A stretch of DNA of 64,000 nucleotides from Chrysomallon squamiferum (lineage: Eukaryota > Animalia > Mollusca). Location of the stretch: the NCBI GenBank assembly GCA_012295275.1, contig CM022677.1, positions 8,556,001 through 8,620,000 of the forward strand. Reading direction: 5' to 3'. Position numbers and translations under genes: made by a program. Of the stretch, positions 13,011 to 27,674 are shown in pieces (the first letter of the stretch is position 1; each line of letters starts with the position of its first letter). The notes beneath the pieces were generated by a model. It was not told the origin of the DNA, did no database searches, and saw only the letters and a program-made list of their open reading frames with translations.

Positions 13011-13661
13011 TAATAAAGCAGATGAATAAAATAATTTTTGATCAGTTGTTTTTCTTCTTCTCCATTAAGAGCAAATCAGTTTCTACATGAAAATTATGTT
13101 GAACAAAATTTGGAAACGCTACATTTTTATGAATTAAATAAATGTTTATTTCGAATGTGAAATAAAATATTTAAAAAAATAAATAAATAAACCTGAATTT
13201 TAACATTTGGACAGCTGATAATCATTTTAGAAATAACTGTTAAAATACTATCAGTCTATTTTAATTATTTCCATATAAAATTATGATTCCCAATAAATGA
13301 ATGAGTCACTTGTTTAGTTGTTACAACTAGCTTATTCCAATTGATTATATTCTTCCTTAATTATCAACGAAAACTCTTTTGTACTTTATTACGATACAGA
13401 GATATTTAATTCTTGATTACATGAAAATATTTAATCGTTTTTGTTTGTGTTTTTATTTATTTCCCACCCAAAGCAGATGCGTACATGGATATTTTGTAAC
13501 CAGTCGAAAAATGTGGGTTGGTCACATTTCAAGTTGTCACAAAATTACATTTTTATAATATTTATCCTTTGTTGATTGTTATATCCTTTAGTTAAATATG
13601 TTTAATATCGATATTACTAATAATACAACATTAATTCTACTAAATTAAGCAAATACTGTAC

Positions 13662-14030
13662 CTAGAATTATCGGGAAAATCTAGATTGTTTTGCTTTATC
13701 ATGAACAAGATGGCGTCTGGCTTATGATCCCGTCAGTTTTATCTTTTTCTCAGACGAAGTAAACCATGAAGACAGTTGAGCAGAAAACTGATATTTCGCA
13801 GTTTGATATTTTAAATATACCTCATTCACGAAATCGAGGTATTTACCTAAAGGAGAGGCTCTATAGCCGACAGCTTGGGCTTTTTCCTTGCTTACGTGTG
13901 ATCCAGCCTCAAAGTCACAGTGTCAGGATTCCTGATTATTCACGTCACGTGATTAAATCCTTGCCGTTCATTAGTTGTTGAAACATAATGACCCAACATT
14001 GACCTCCAGGTAACGTCACAGCATACATAC
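13662..14030 (-). promoter_or_regulatory. Probable ZFAND5/6 non-coding first exon and promoter
   Basis: Minus-strand donor AG|gtacag at 13661-13660; YY1-type AAGATGGCG near 13707; CRE/E-box cluster (cacgtcacgtga ~13941, aacgtcac ~14012); CpG-rich. Confidence 0.55.
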
Positions 14031-15220
14031 GATGACTGATATAAGATCCCGTTACTAAATCGATCGAAAAGTAGCACAAAGAAAATGATGTAAACCCCTT
14101 GTTCCAAAAATAACTTTTATATAATTAAGAAATTTTTGTCAACGAATTATAAAATAATGACAATTGTAAAACTAACTTTACAATAACAGAATTATTTCAT
14201 TTTAAAACAACAGTTATTGTTTTCACTTATTATTATATAGGTCACTAAGTTCGTAAATAGGTGTGGATATCTAGAAAAACAATAAACAGAAAACAGGACT
14301 TTCGAGATGATATCATTTTATGACTGACGTCAACAACACAAAAAAGTCTAAAAATAAATCACACTCTTCAAGTCTCTAAGGGAAAATCCCACTTTTCTTT
14401 TTTCAAATTTTCTTTTAATTTAAAGTTATATTTCTTATAATACAAAATAAGATTATTTAATTTATTTTTTATTTTTTATTTATCTTATTTTATTTTATTT
14501 TTGATGAATTATAATTATATGAGTCAGAGATTGCGATAGAGAGATAAAAAATAATGATGTCATATATTATTTTTATTCCCAACGTGTGTGTGTCTGTATA
14601 CATTATACACACACACATAGTAATATTTGTACAAAGCGATAACACGTAAAACATGAACATATAATATCGTTACTAATCATTAAAACAGGTAGGTGCGCCT
14701 AAATTATATATATAGATGTTGATACATGTGTTACCATTTTAATAAATTAACAAACATTAACTGCATTTGCTACATGTTTTGAAAATTAGGTTAATGTGAG
14801 ATGGGTTGTTTTCAAACTATTACTACTAGTAATATACTTCTACTACTGCTACTACTATTATTATTGTTATTACTATTATTATTACTACTACTACTATTAT
14901 TACTGTTACTATTATTGATGTTGTTGGTGGTGGTTGTGGAGTTGTTGTGGTTATTGTTATTTTGTGGTCGTTGTTGTTGCTCCTGCTGTTCGTATTTTAC
15001 GTAGTATCTGATATATATTTTTTTAACTGAATTCAGAAAAACTGCGTAATATTTTGAGAAAAAACAACAACAAAAAAAACAAACAACATATTTATCCATC
15101 TCACAAAGACATCAGATTTGATGCGTTCTTAGCCAAGGGAAACAACTCCATAGAAACCGCCTGATTCCAAATAAAATATAATTTATATTATTTATCTTTA
15201 ATAAACGATTATGTTATAAG

Positions 15221-15292
<72 letters not shown>

Positions 15293-15707
15293 TCCTACAC
15301 ACACGTCATTGTTTATTTGTATACAATATAATCAAAAATTATATGCAGTACATTTTAACTTGAACCACATATAAAAATGTCGTATTCTTATAGCTATTGC
15401 GACTATAAAAAAGTAGGCCATGTTCACCAACATAAACAGATTCGTAATAGCCTGTTGGAAAATTCAGCAAAACAAATGGTCACAGAGTAAAGTTCGCTCA
15501 TCTGATTCAAGTGTATCTGGATACAAGCCAAATAAGCGATTCGATGTTATAACTTGTAGCATTAAATCTGTTTATAAGCACAAGCAAAGTACATATACCA
15601 ATGTAAAAAAACAAAGACGGTGAGAAGGTCTTTGTAGAAATTTTGCCAACAAATGTCAAAGGTCGATGTTACGTCAGATGGCGTAACCTCAGTCGTCCAA
15701 GTACGTT

Positions 15708-15814
<107 letters not shown>

Positions 15815-15974
15815 CCGTTATTACAAATAGTACTCCATCTAAGATTGTCGGTTTTAACAGATTTTCTATGCCAAAGTATAAATGTGTCAATTACCGGATG
15901 CTGTAAAGTACATGGTGCCAAGTTTCTGAAGGATTTATTAGTAGTAGTCGTAGAAATAGTAATAGTCATAGCAA

Positions 15975-16009
<35 letters not shown>

Positions 16010-16066
16010 ATAGTAGTAGTAAATTATTTATTTGTTTGTCAGCGAAAACATCTACTACTACTAGTA

Positions 16067-16561
16067 CAGTGGTACCTTGACATACGAGTGCTCCAGCCAG
16101 TTTTCCGAGTTACGAGCAGTCGTTCGGTCGATTTTTTCTTTTTTCCTAAGAAAGTGAGTGCAAAGGATGGTGCTGAGAAGAATAAGCGGATGATGAATTA
16201 AAGTATTATATGATAGAAAAACACGATGTGTACCATACTGAAGCAGGAGTCGACACAGGCTATAACTCCAGCCAAAGGCGTTAAAATAATTGATCTATTT
16301 CCAAGATTAATACGTTTTACAAAACCAGTTCATTTCTTTAAAATTCTCTATTATAATTATTTTTTTCATTTGTCATTTATAAATTCATTTTTCTAATTTA
16401 AAAACAGGTTACAAAAAATTTGGGTGGTTTTGTGGGGGCTGGAACGGATTAATGGTATTTCAGTTAATTTCAGTTGGGAAAATTGATTTGTGTTGAACGA
16501 GCAAATTGAGTTACGAGCTCGGTCACGGAACTAATTAAACTCGTAAGTCAAGGTACCACTG
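16067..16561. mobile_element. 495-bp non-autonomous Tc1/mariner-superfamily (Tigger/pogo-like) MITE
   Basis: 23-bp TIRs CAGTGGTACCTTGAC(A/T)TACGAGT with one mismatch, TA target duplication at 16065-16066 and 16562-16563, no transposase ORF. Confidence 0.9.
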
Positions 16562-16693
16562 TACTATTAGTACAATTATTACCATTATTATTGATGCGGC
16601 TGATACTGCTACTACAACTAATTAATAATCATAACATCATTATTTTGTTTTATAAATGAAAGAAATAAAAAATGATATTAAAAATACTGTTCT

Positions 16694-16750
16694 TTGGAAT
16701 CCTTTCCGGTCCGTTTCTATGGAGTTGTTTCCCTTGGATTGTAGCTAACG
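16694..16750 (-). repeat. Short dispersed ~50-bp element (other copies 15124-15172 and 19089-19146 on +)
   Basis: Shared core ccaaggga-N3-aactccatagaaac(ggaccggaaag)gattccaaa in three copies. Confidence 0.7.
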
Positions 16751-17033
16751 AAAACCAACATTGGCTTACGTGGTGATTATCATTATCATTATTATTATTT
16801 TTATCTGTAATAGTAGTTTTGTTGTAAATGGTATTAGTAACTGTAGTGTTTATTTATTTACTGTTTTAAATTAATGTCAAATTTAGACAGTGGCCATTGA
16901 AAAAGAAATAAATAATGTTATTATTTAAAAATCTATAATACCGGTAAAAATTCATTAATCTAAATATTTAATTGTCATCAGCAGTAATAATAACGGTACT
17001 AACAGTACAGTGGTAATTTGACTTAGACGTTTG

Positions 17034-17038
17034 AAAAA
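17034..17038 (-). terminator. RNA polymerase III terminator (T5) of tRNA-Gly
   Basis: TTTTT 7 nt downstream of the discriminator base on the minus strand. Confidence 0.75.
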
Positions 17039-17045
17039 TTTGGTG

Positions 17046-17116
17046 TGCATCGACCGGGAATCGAACCCGGGTCACCCGCGTGGCAGGCGAGTATTCTACC
17101 ACTAGACCACCGATGC
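17046..17116 (-). tRNA. tRNA-Gly-GCC: tRNA-Gly (anticodon GCC)
   Basis: GCATCGGTGGTCTAGTGGTAGAATACTCGCCTGCCACGCGGGTGACCCGGGTTCGATTCCCGGTCGATGCA, 71 nt; acceptor, anticodon and T stems pair; A and B boxes intact; one D-stem mismatch. Confidence 0.95.
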
Positions 17117-17592
17117 TTCACGTTTATCGTTTTTAAATTAAGCATGTTATAACTAACGATGCAGCCACTTTTTTCTTATTTTCGTTACAACAATTTATTG
17201 TCGTACGGAATTTAATGTTATATATTTTTCTGCTATCTCATCTGGTGATACTGTCTACCGGACGCATACGTTACTGAGAAAGGCGCACATCCACAGTAAA
17301 GAGATTAAATCACGTGACATTCCTATTCTTTTAAAATTGCTGACTAGACCGGCAGCATTGAAGAAAAAATATAAACATAAAAATCAAGCAAGAAATTAAA
17401 ACAAACAACCCTTTAATGGTATTATTTGTTGTTGTTTTTTGCTAAAACTTCATACAGTCGTCTTTTGATAAATCATGAAGTTCATTCGGTATGCATATGT
17501 TGTGAGGTTTAAGATCTACAGTAGTATCAGCAGCAGCCTCGCTAGCAGTAGTAATAATGATTTAAAATTTCTATTAAAAATACAGGATAAAA

Positions 17593-17640
<48 letters not shown>

Positions 17641-17642
17641 TA

Positions 17643-17683
<41 letters not shown>

Positions 17684-17882
17684 TAATAACAAACAAATAA
17701 ATTAAATTAAATTAATACAGTCATTAATACATGCGTCATGGTCATGTTCGAAGGAGATGCATATAGTTCACTGGAGAAAACAACGTAGATATCAATAACG
17801 TAGTTCACGTAATCTACGTAGTTCTGCTCCGCCATTCCCTCTGAGATTCTTTAAAAATAGAAGCTGATCAAAACTCAGTACC

Positions 17883-17947
<65 letters not shown>

Positions 17948-18770
17948 TCTTTTATCTAAGTTTAACAGTAGTTAAATTTTGTTTTGAGAGCTGTTGATTA
18001 TTTTCATATTTATTTTTGTGTCTCCACTTTTCATCGAGCTGTTTTGTTTCGAGCTGTCGAATTTGACACTGAACAAGTTAAATCATTGTCGCCCGCGATG
18101 GACGGATTTCGATTTTACACTGACTTGAAGTGCTCCTCGCGGGCTTCCAGTTCAGCTGGCGTAATCATACACAGACAGAGATAAGCTGTAACAAACATAC
18201 ACACATAGAGGCTCATTGAAACACACAAACATACACACACTTACTGAAACACACACACACACACACACACTCACACACACCCGCTGAGATAATTAAGACA
18301 GGTGTTTATTCGCAAGCCCTGCACAAACATGCACACACATAATTCTAATATACACATTAACTCATTTTGCTGTGTGAATTTCTTTTCTCAATTTATTTAT
18401 CAAAATACGTCACTCCCGTCCCTCAACCCTGATTAGCCCCTGGATACACATTAGGACACCCCCCCGCCCTCTCACTTCAGCTTATTGTTCGAAGAAAGAC
18501 GATTCATCTTTTCCATGACCTTGAATGGAAATCAGCTTCAGATGTATTTAAATCTGACATTTTCGCTTGTAACAAAATGACAATGTAGGTGTAATTTAGA
18601 TGTTTATTTAGCCATAGCAGCGACAACCGTTTAGAAATTTGTTATATCATTTTTCAAAATGTAACAGATACTAGTTTCAATCTAATTTAATGAATACAGT
18701 TACAATAAAATACTTGTTTTTGTATATAATCTGATGAATATCATGTTTGTCATTTTATTTTCTAACTAAA

Positions 18771-19043
18771 TAGGTTGAGAAGATTTTATCCGGACTGCCT
18801 GGGACCGGAAATGTTTCGAATATTGGAATTTTTAGATTTGGGAATATAAGGAGACAACATGAGAATAGAATCTACGTCTAAATATGAATTCTGTTTATTT
18901 TTAATGTTCAACTTAAATAATATTATGCATAAAAAGCGTTTGTGTATGCAGAAAAGTTCGAAAACTGTAAGATATTATTATTATTTCTGCAGTGTAAAAG
19001 AAGTTTAGGATTTCGGAATTACGGATAAGATATCCTCAACTTG
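18771..19043. mobile_element. Degenerate Tigger/pogo-type MITE
   Basis: Ends taggttgagaagattttatccg ... cggataagatatcctcaacttg-TA; subterminal tgcctgggaccggaaatgtttc resembles the copy at 12760. Confidence 0.7.
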
Positions 19044-19473
19044 TAATAATAATAATAATAATAATAATTATTATTATTATTATTATTTACGTTCTATAAT
19101 CCAAGGGAGGTAACTCCATAGAAACGGACCGGAAAGGATTCCAAATACGATATTTTTGATACTGATATAATATTAGTGATAGATATATAAACAAAATGTT
19201 CCTTAGTAATGAACTACGACTAGTTTTTAAGCTTTCAGTAATGCATAACTCTGTACCGCCTACCTCTCTCCTGTTCGTCCATGTTAATCTCGCCATTTTA
19301 TTATGTAGCTTAACGTTCTGCTTGAACTGTGAGTGCCAAACAGTACGTCAATGCAAGACCGGAGAGGCGTCACTGATTGACAGATGACATCGATGGAATA
19401 TTTTAAATCCAGTCTTTAAGCAAGTGTGTTGATCATTAGTAGCAGGAGAAAGATGATAACTATGATGATGATG

Positions 19474-19507
<34 letters not shown>

Positions 19508-19627
19508 TGATAAATGACTTATGATTTTGAAGATGATGATATGGTGATATTGATGATGAGGATGATGGTTATTATGCTTATTAAAAGCAGCAACAACAAC
19601 AACAACAAAAAACACCAACAATACTGC

Positions 19628-19678
<51 letters not shown>

Positions 19679-20131
19679 TATTATATGTCTATCTATCTAT
19701 AATTATAAAATTATTTATATTTGTAAAAACATTTGTAAAAAAATACAACCCCAAAACCTTTTAATTAAGAATATACCTTTTTCTTATTTTTATTATATTA
19801 CATTACTTAGAAACGGTAAAAGAAACCAAAAAAAAACCCAAACAAAAACAAGAAACAAGAAGAATGTACAAAATACTTAAAAAAAAGAAAAAAGAAGAAC
19901 AACAAAAAACCCCGTAATTTAAAAGAAAGAAAAGAATCATTTGAGTTTACGATATCGCTGCATACACCCACCCACGTGTTTTCACATTAAACACATGCTG
20001 TGTAATTTAGATAGCAGACGACATGTACACCACCTACGCCAACATCGTGTGATTAACTTTGCAGATGTTTCATATCCCTTTCCAGCTGAAAACGCAGTAC
20101 AACAGAGTAATAAATTAAAACTATTTTTTGT

Positions 20132-20200
<69 letters not shown>

Positions 20201-21006
20201 GTCTGTCTACCTATATGTCTGTCTGTCTCTCTATCTATCTATCCATCCATCTATCTATAATATATGTCTACCTATGTGCCCATTTTCTGCTTATCTACCT
20301 ACCTACCTATCTATCTATCTAGCTATCTCTCTATCTTTTTATCTATGTACAGACACACACACAATACATAATCTACTTTGCAGATGTATTTTGTATGTGT
20401 ATTACGTTAATCTTGATCAAGAGAGAGTTCAGAAATAACATGGGTTTTGAAAAATTGTGATTAAAGTTTATCAAAGACACTGTCTTTCTTAATTAATGCT
20501 GAAACAGTTATTACTGTCATACTTTTCTAGGGCTGAAAATTAATAATGATGGCTTAGTGTTTCCATAGCAACCGACACCACATGGCTCATTTTGGAAGTA
20601 ACTTTTTTATTTTCAAAATAGTAAAAGATACGATGAAATGGAAAATTCTAAATAACAGAGATCAGAGAAAAAATTATTAACACTAGATTCTGTAATTTTC
20701 TTCAAATCTTTCTTCTTATTATTTATTTATTTATTTATTACCTATCTATCTATCTAGCTATAATTATTCTGTATTTAAAGAAGACAAACATTTTATTTTT
20801 TCTGTACCACACGAGTTGTATGAAACAACTCATTATAATGTTTTGAAAAATCACGTAATTTTATACAGTATACGAATAACAGAATTTAAAAACTGATTAA
20901 GCATCACAGATTTTAGTGCTACAGCTTAGAAACCGTTTTGCCCAAGATTTTTTAGAAGAACAAGAATTAAACAACGTGTTTACTTATTTATCTTGAGACA
21001 TTTATC

Positions 21007-21235
21007 TTGACAACAGCTCCGCAGAGTTGTCCACCCATGGTACGGAAACGTTGACAACAGCTCCGCAGAGTTGTCTACATATGCTACAGAAACGTTGACA
21101 ACAGCTCCGCAGAGTTGTCTACATATGCTACAGAAACGTTGACAACAGCTCTCCAGAGTTGTCTACATATGCTACAGAAACGTTGACAACAGCTCTCCAG
21201 AGTTGTCTACATATGCTACAGAAACGTTGACAACA
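21007..21235. repeat. 44-bp minisatellite, ~5.2 copies
   Basis: Unit ttgacaacagctccgcagagttgtctacatatgctacagaaacg starting at 21007, 21051, 21095, 21139, 21183, 21227. Confidence 0.95.
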
Positions 21236-21633
21236 AAACGGTAGAAACGACTTTGGGGTGTGAAAGGTCAAGAATGTGGAGTTACTCATCTATTTTCTTT
21301 TTCCCCAATGTTTTCATAAAATAGTTTTCATCATTATTATTTTCTTCTTTCTAAATATATTGCACAACTTTTAAGATCCTGCATAGTTGTAACAAAAAAG
21401 TAACAGAAGCAAAATGTATTTGATTGATAGATAGATAGATAGATAGATAGATATATAGATAGATAGGTGTGTTTATGCATATGTATTACATGCATGTATG
21501 TATATGTTTTATATATATTTACATATATGTGTGCAGGTGAGTATGTATATTTCATACATGTAAAAATACACACATACACAAACATTCGCACATACACACA
21601 AATACAGAGACATACAAAGTCAACACAAACAAG

Positions 21634-21664
<31 letters not shown>

Positions 21665-22170
21665 TCATACAAATACACAGACTAAAACACAAACAAACAA
21701 AACACCAATTTACCACAAGCCGGATCGATCCTGCGACTTCCAGATCGTCTTATTTTGTTTTTGAGTCATTGAACCCACAATCTAATATCAGTAATGAGAG
21801 TATGTGAAAGTACGTATAAACGTAAACAAAAACTAATCAAATATGATTTTCTCGTTCAACGACATTCACTGGGAAAAATATAAAAGCAGTAACGGTAATG
21901 AAGTTTTCTTGTCACCTTTTAAAATACCTATCAGTGGAACGTACATTTAAAAAAACACATATTAGGAACTAGTTATATAATACAGTTACACTTCAGACTT
22001 ATTGAAAATAACAACAGCATCAGCAACAAACAACAACAACAACAACAACAATAATTATTTATTTATTTATTTATTATTATTATTAACATTATTATTTTCT
22101 CTATTTATAAATAACAGCAACAGCAACAGTAATAATAATAATAATAAAATTATTATTTATTTTTTTAATT

Positions 22171-22227
<57 letters not shown>

Positions 22228-22535
22228 CTGTTTCATCTACGATATAAGATAGAGAATTTTAACGAATATAGTGGGATAGATTTCTCTCCACTACTAGAAA
22301 GATGACAGTACCTGACCCTTAATAGCTCGCGATTTTAGTTACCTATTCTTTAGCAGTATCTACTGACACAATGGTGATTAAGATATTGTGTGGCACATAA
22401 TTATCAAAGACGAGTTTTGTTGTTGCTTGTGTAATCTGCCATTAGAAATCTGACGCAGGATTGTGTAAACATTTTGTTTCAGTTTTAAGATGTGATTATT
22501 TTAATTACAAAAAGGTGCTATATTTTAATTCATAA

Positions 22536-22589
<54 letters not shown>

Positions 22590-22744
22590 TCAGTGTAAAC
22601 AATTATTATAAAAAGAAGAAGACGAAGAAAGAAAAAAGAAAGAAAAGAAAAAACAGAAGAGAAAAGTAAAGAAGAAAAATAATGAGGTCTTATGGACTAA
22701 ATACTTTTTATTTTCTTCATTTTTTTATAGTAATTTATTTCATG

Positions 22745-23340
22745 TTATTTCAGCCAAAACAAGATTTCCTCACAACTATATTATTTAATGCATGTTATCG
22801 ATTCTCCTTGGAACAAATTTGTATTTTTTTTAAATGTTTGTGGTTTAACATATACATGGACATATTGCAATTTTGATAATGTTAAATGGTTATGTGAAAC
22901 GATATCCAGAATATTACATAATCAATTTCAAGAATTATGGAAAAATCAAAATAATGCTAATATCTTATTTAAATTTAGAACCGCGAATGCTAAAATTCCT
23001 ATTGAAACTGGACGATGAACTAATATTCTTAGAGAAAACAGAACATGTCATATCTGTAATCTTAAAAAAATTGGAGATGAATATCATTATATATTTGAAT
23101 GTAATGATCCTATGTTATTAAATGCAAGAAAAGGTATACCAGATAAATATATTTCATATAATAATGTGTTTAATATATTTGTATTTTAATAAAGCTATGT
23201 TTGTTAATAAGAAATATATGTGAGAGAGTATGTCCTCCACATTAAACTTCAACATGTGTGCATTTTAATTTTGTTATTTATATAGCTGTAATACATTCTT
23301 CTCTGTACTGTAATCCTATAGTTTGTGAGAATAAAGTCAT
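22745..23340 (+). mobile_element. 5'-truncated decayed non-LTR retrotransposon (RTE-X-like) 3' end
   Basis: Reads FKFRTANAKIPIETGR*TNILRENRTCHICNLKKIGDEYHYIFEC, the C-terminal CxxC...H...C motif of LINE ORF2, with in-frame TGA at 23016-23018; AATAAA near 23330. Confidence 0.8.
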
Positions 23341-25993
23341 GAAGTCAGTCATTATCCTTATCATCCTTTCATCACCATTATCATCATATTCGTCATGTCA
23401 TCACCATTATCATTATATTCGTCATCATCTTTATCGTCACCGTCGTCAGCATCTTTCTCCTCATTACCGTTAAAATAATCATCAAGTCAATTTACAAGAG
23501 ATTCTGTAAATGCCAATTTTTATCATATATCATTTTGAAATCTCTATGCATCACAAACTCAAGAAAAGTGTTGAAAAAAATAGCAATTTAGAATCACAAT
23601 TACGTACTTCATGCTAAAAGGCACTGCGCGGAACTGGACATTAGTCTTCGCATTCATTTGGTCGTTCAATATTTGCACTTCTGCGGTAGGTTTCAGAGAT
23701 CGATGATAAACTATTCTCTTTACGCATCGAACATCAAACGGGTCTGCTTACTTGTTTCCTGGTTCTATTTATATTGCTGGTTCATTAGAAAGCATCATCT
23801 TTGATCGTCTATTTTCGGATATTTTCGGATGACGCTCATTTAAAGAACAAGGATAAAGCAGAAATGAAATATAGGACGTATACAGTTAAAAAGAAAAGAA
23901 ATAAGAAAGAAAAAATATTCATAATAAAGATAAACGATAACATATATGATGTTTAATAATAAATTATGAAAAAATAACAAGTAATGAATTATACCGAGAT
24001 AACAATCGAGTTTCTCGAGGTCATTATAATTATAGACATCATCATCATCATCAACGACACTTGCAACATCATCATTAACAATATTAATTCAGTTTCTCAT
24101 CAACATATTTCGTTTCATTATTATCAAGTAGAACATAATCTGAAAGGAAGATTCATAAACATAAATATAATTACCATAATCAACATTATTATTATTTATA
24201 TTATTATTAATGATGTTGTTTGCTGTTATTGTTGCTGTTGTTATTTTATTATCAAAATCATCTACATCATCATCAAAATCAGTATGATTATTATTATTAT
24301 TATTACTTTATTACTATTGTTATTATTATTACTATTACATCGACTACTACTACTACTACTACTACTACTACCATTATTATTAAAGAATTCGGCTGAATTA
24401 TTATTATTATTATTATTATTACTGTTGTTGTTGTTGTTGTTGTTATTATTATTATTAATATTATTACTGTTGTTGTTGTAATTGTTGTTTTCTATCTATA
24501 CATACACACATAGCTAGACAGATATATAGACAGACAGATAGAGAGACATACATACATACATACATACAGACAGACAGAATGATAGATAGATAGATAGACA
24601 GACAGACAGAGATATGGCTTGTGTATTTTTTTTCTCAGGAGTAACAAACTGTCGTGTCTGAAGTTTCTGGACTTAAAAACAGTTAATATGATTCCCTGAC
24701 AAATTTAAATAATTTACAACCTGCCAGATTCTTGACGTGTGAAGAACAAATTAGTAAAAACATTTCCCTCGAGACAATTCGTGGGGAAAAAAATAAAAAA
24801 ATTAAAATGAAATTTGATGCGGCTGTTAGTAATATCTTCAAAAACTGTAAAAGATAAAGAAGCGGATGAATAATATATGAAGATTTAGTTTTCTCATTAT
24901 TTCTGTTTTTGTTTTTTTTATAAAATAATTTGATTGAACGCCATGTGCTTGACTTTGTTGAATTACTGTGTAGGTTTTTAGGATACAAACAGATACAGAG
25001 AGAAAAGTTTCGTGTACGCATACACATACACAGACATACACACTCACAATCACTTATATACCTACACACACACATACATTCTTAAACCACAACCCACACA
25101 CAAACAAGACACACACTTTCACTTTCATAGGCACGCATAGAAACAAATATAGAAACAAATACACACGCATAGAAACAAATACACACGCACAGAAACAAAT
25201 ACACACGCACCCACGATTATACACACACACACCTGTAATATAAGAACTGAAAACAAAAATACATGAAATAAATTATATTTAATTAATTTGTTTCTTTTTT
25301 CTTTCTTTCTTTTTTCAGTACGAATCTTTTGAAATTCTAATTTAATTAGTTCTAAAGTTTAACAACCGAAAAAGACACAAAAAAAACAACAACAACAAAA
25401 AACAAAATAATAAATTAATTTATTAAGTAAGTAAATAATAAATAAATAAATAAATTAATTAATTAATTAATCAAACAGTTAACTAATTAACTAAATATTC
25501 AAATAGATAGACAGATAGATAGAGAGATAGATAGATAAATAAATAAAATAATTGTTAATAATTAAAGTAATAAAATAAAATAAAATAAATAAATAAACAA
25601 ATAAACTACAAATAAATAATAAACAAACATAAACAGACGTAAATAAAATGAAGTAAAAATAAATAAGAAGTTAAATAATATTTAAATAAATAAAGAAAGA
25701 AAGAATGATAACCAAAAAATAATAATAATAAAAAAAAATAATAACAATTTTCAAAAAAGATTAAAAAAAAAAATAATAATAATAATAATAAAAGAAATAA
25801 ACAGGAAACAAAAATGTGACGTAACTAAAAAAATTTGTCACAAAATGTTTGAACTGTAAACAGATCGTTGAATATTCAAAAAATTATTGATGTTAGCATT
25901 TTTTTCTTTATTCTTTATTCTTTATTGCTTTTTTTTTTTTTTTTGTTTCAACTTGATTTAGTATCCAAGACAACAGTTCAAAAAGAATAAATA

Positions 25994-26033
<40 letters not shown>

Positions 26034-26210
26034 AATAAATAAAGAAAAGAAGACTTAAAACAGAAGGCAAATAATGAAACAAACTAAAAATAACACCGCA
26101 ATGTTTTATGACAGGCGCAGTAAAAAGAAATTATCCAAGACATCCTCATTTACAGAAAAGAACAAAAAAAAAAAAAATATTAAGAAAAGGAAATAAAGAA
26201 ACATATTTAA

Positions 26211-26271
<61 letters not shown>

Positions 26272-26443
26272 GAAAAACAGAAAGAAAAGAATAAATGTTT
26301 TGTAATTAATGAAAATTAAACCAAAAATAAAAATAGAAATTGCAACAGCTACGACAACGGCAATAAAAATGATATTGAAAAATACGTAATTGCAAGAAGT
26401 TACTTAATACATTATTATTTTCAACATCATCAGCAGCATCATG

Positions 26444-26478
<35 letters not shown>

Positions 26479-26748
26479 CAACAACAACAACAACAACAAC
26501 AGCAGCAGTAGCAGCAAGAACAACAACAACGCCAACAATAATAATAATAATAAACATTCTTTGACCTTAAATTTTTTTTTAATAAAAGGTACCATTATTA
26601 TTACCTTCATTATCTTCACCACACGATCATCATAAACAACATGAGCATCATCATCTTCACTATCAGTTGTCCTAATCATATTGCCGTGTCAGTTATATTT
26701 ACGTTTGAAATAATCGTTTCCATATTTAAATAATAATTCGCTTTAGAT

Positions 26749-26832
<84 letters not shown>

Positions 26833-27597
26833 CGGTTTCGATTAAAAGCGAAATCTCTATGCAGCTTCCTGTAATTGCGTCACTAAAGTAGGGTTTCGAG
26901 GATTTTTATTTTTTCTGTCAGTATAGTCATAACGCGTGTCACCTAAATGTCGGTATATTCTGTCTTTTTGTGTTTCTGTCATTCTTTCTTTCTTACAATC
27001 TAATGTCACTCTAATGTGTCTTTTTTATCACCGTCTGTTTGGTTTTCTGTATACAAAAATACATTTACCTGATGAAAGAGAGATTGATCATCGATAAAAC
27101 TATTTATAGAAACAATCTAAAAGAACCCAGTCTCAGTCGATCGTTCTTTTATAAGAATATTGTTAAAGTGAAATCGATCGAATCTGTGTTAATATGAAGA
27201 TAAAGGTCGTGACTAAGATTTATATATTAAAAATTAATAATGATGAAAGTGAAGGATAAATTTTGAATAGAAATATTTTTTTCTCTCATATATCTGTCTT
27301 TCTCTTCCTCTTCGTCTGTCTGTCTCTCTCCCTAAATATACAGATGTTTGTAGTGTAAATGTTTGCATCACTCATGTAAATGTTTGTCGCTATTCATAAA
27401 GAAAAGTAATTTTTAAATGAAACTTCTTTTCAAATGGTGCTTTTAAGATTTTAGCCAGCAAATATATAATAAAGTAGTTACTTTGAACTATTAGTAAAGC
27501 AAATAAGGAAGAATACCTTTTAGTTATTCTCAGAAAGATATGTATTTTTGGTCAGTGCACGAAAATACATTATTATATGATTTATTCCTGTATTTTA

Positions 27598-27674
<77 letters not shown>

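Noticed and set aside
21007-21235. CRISPR-like array
   Set aside because: Whole units repeat with no unique spacers, no cas genes, eukaryotic context
21714-21745. B-box-like gtcgcaggatcgatccggc suggesting a tRNA
   Set aside because: No cloverleaf; at most a short SINE remnant
22682-23121. Three overlapping ORFs as a host gene
   Set aside because: Fragments of a decayed LINE ORF2 with an in-frame stop
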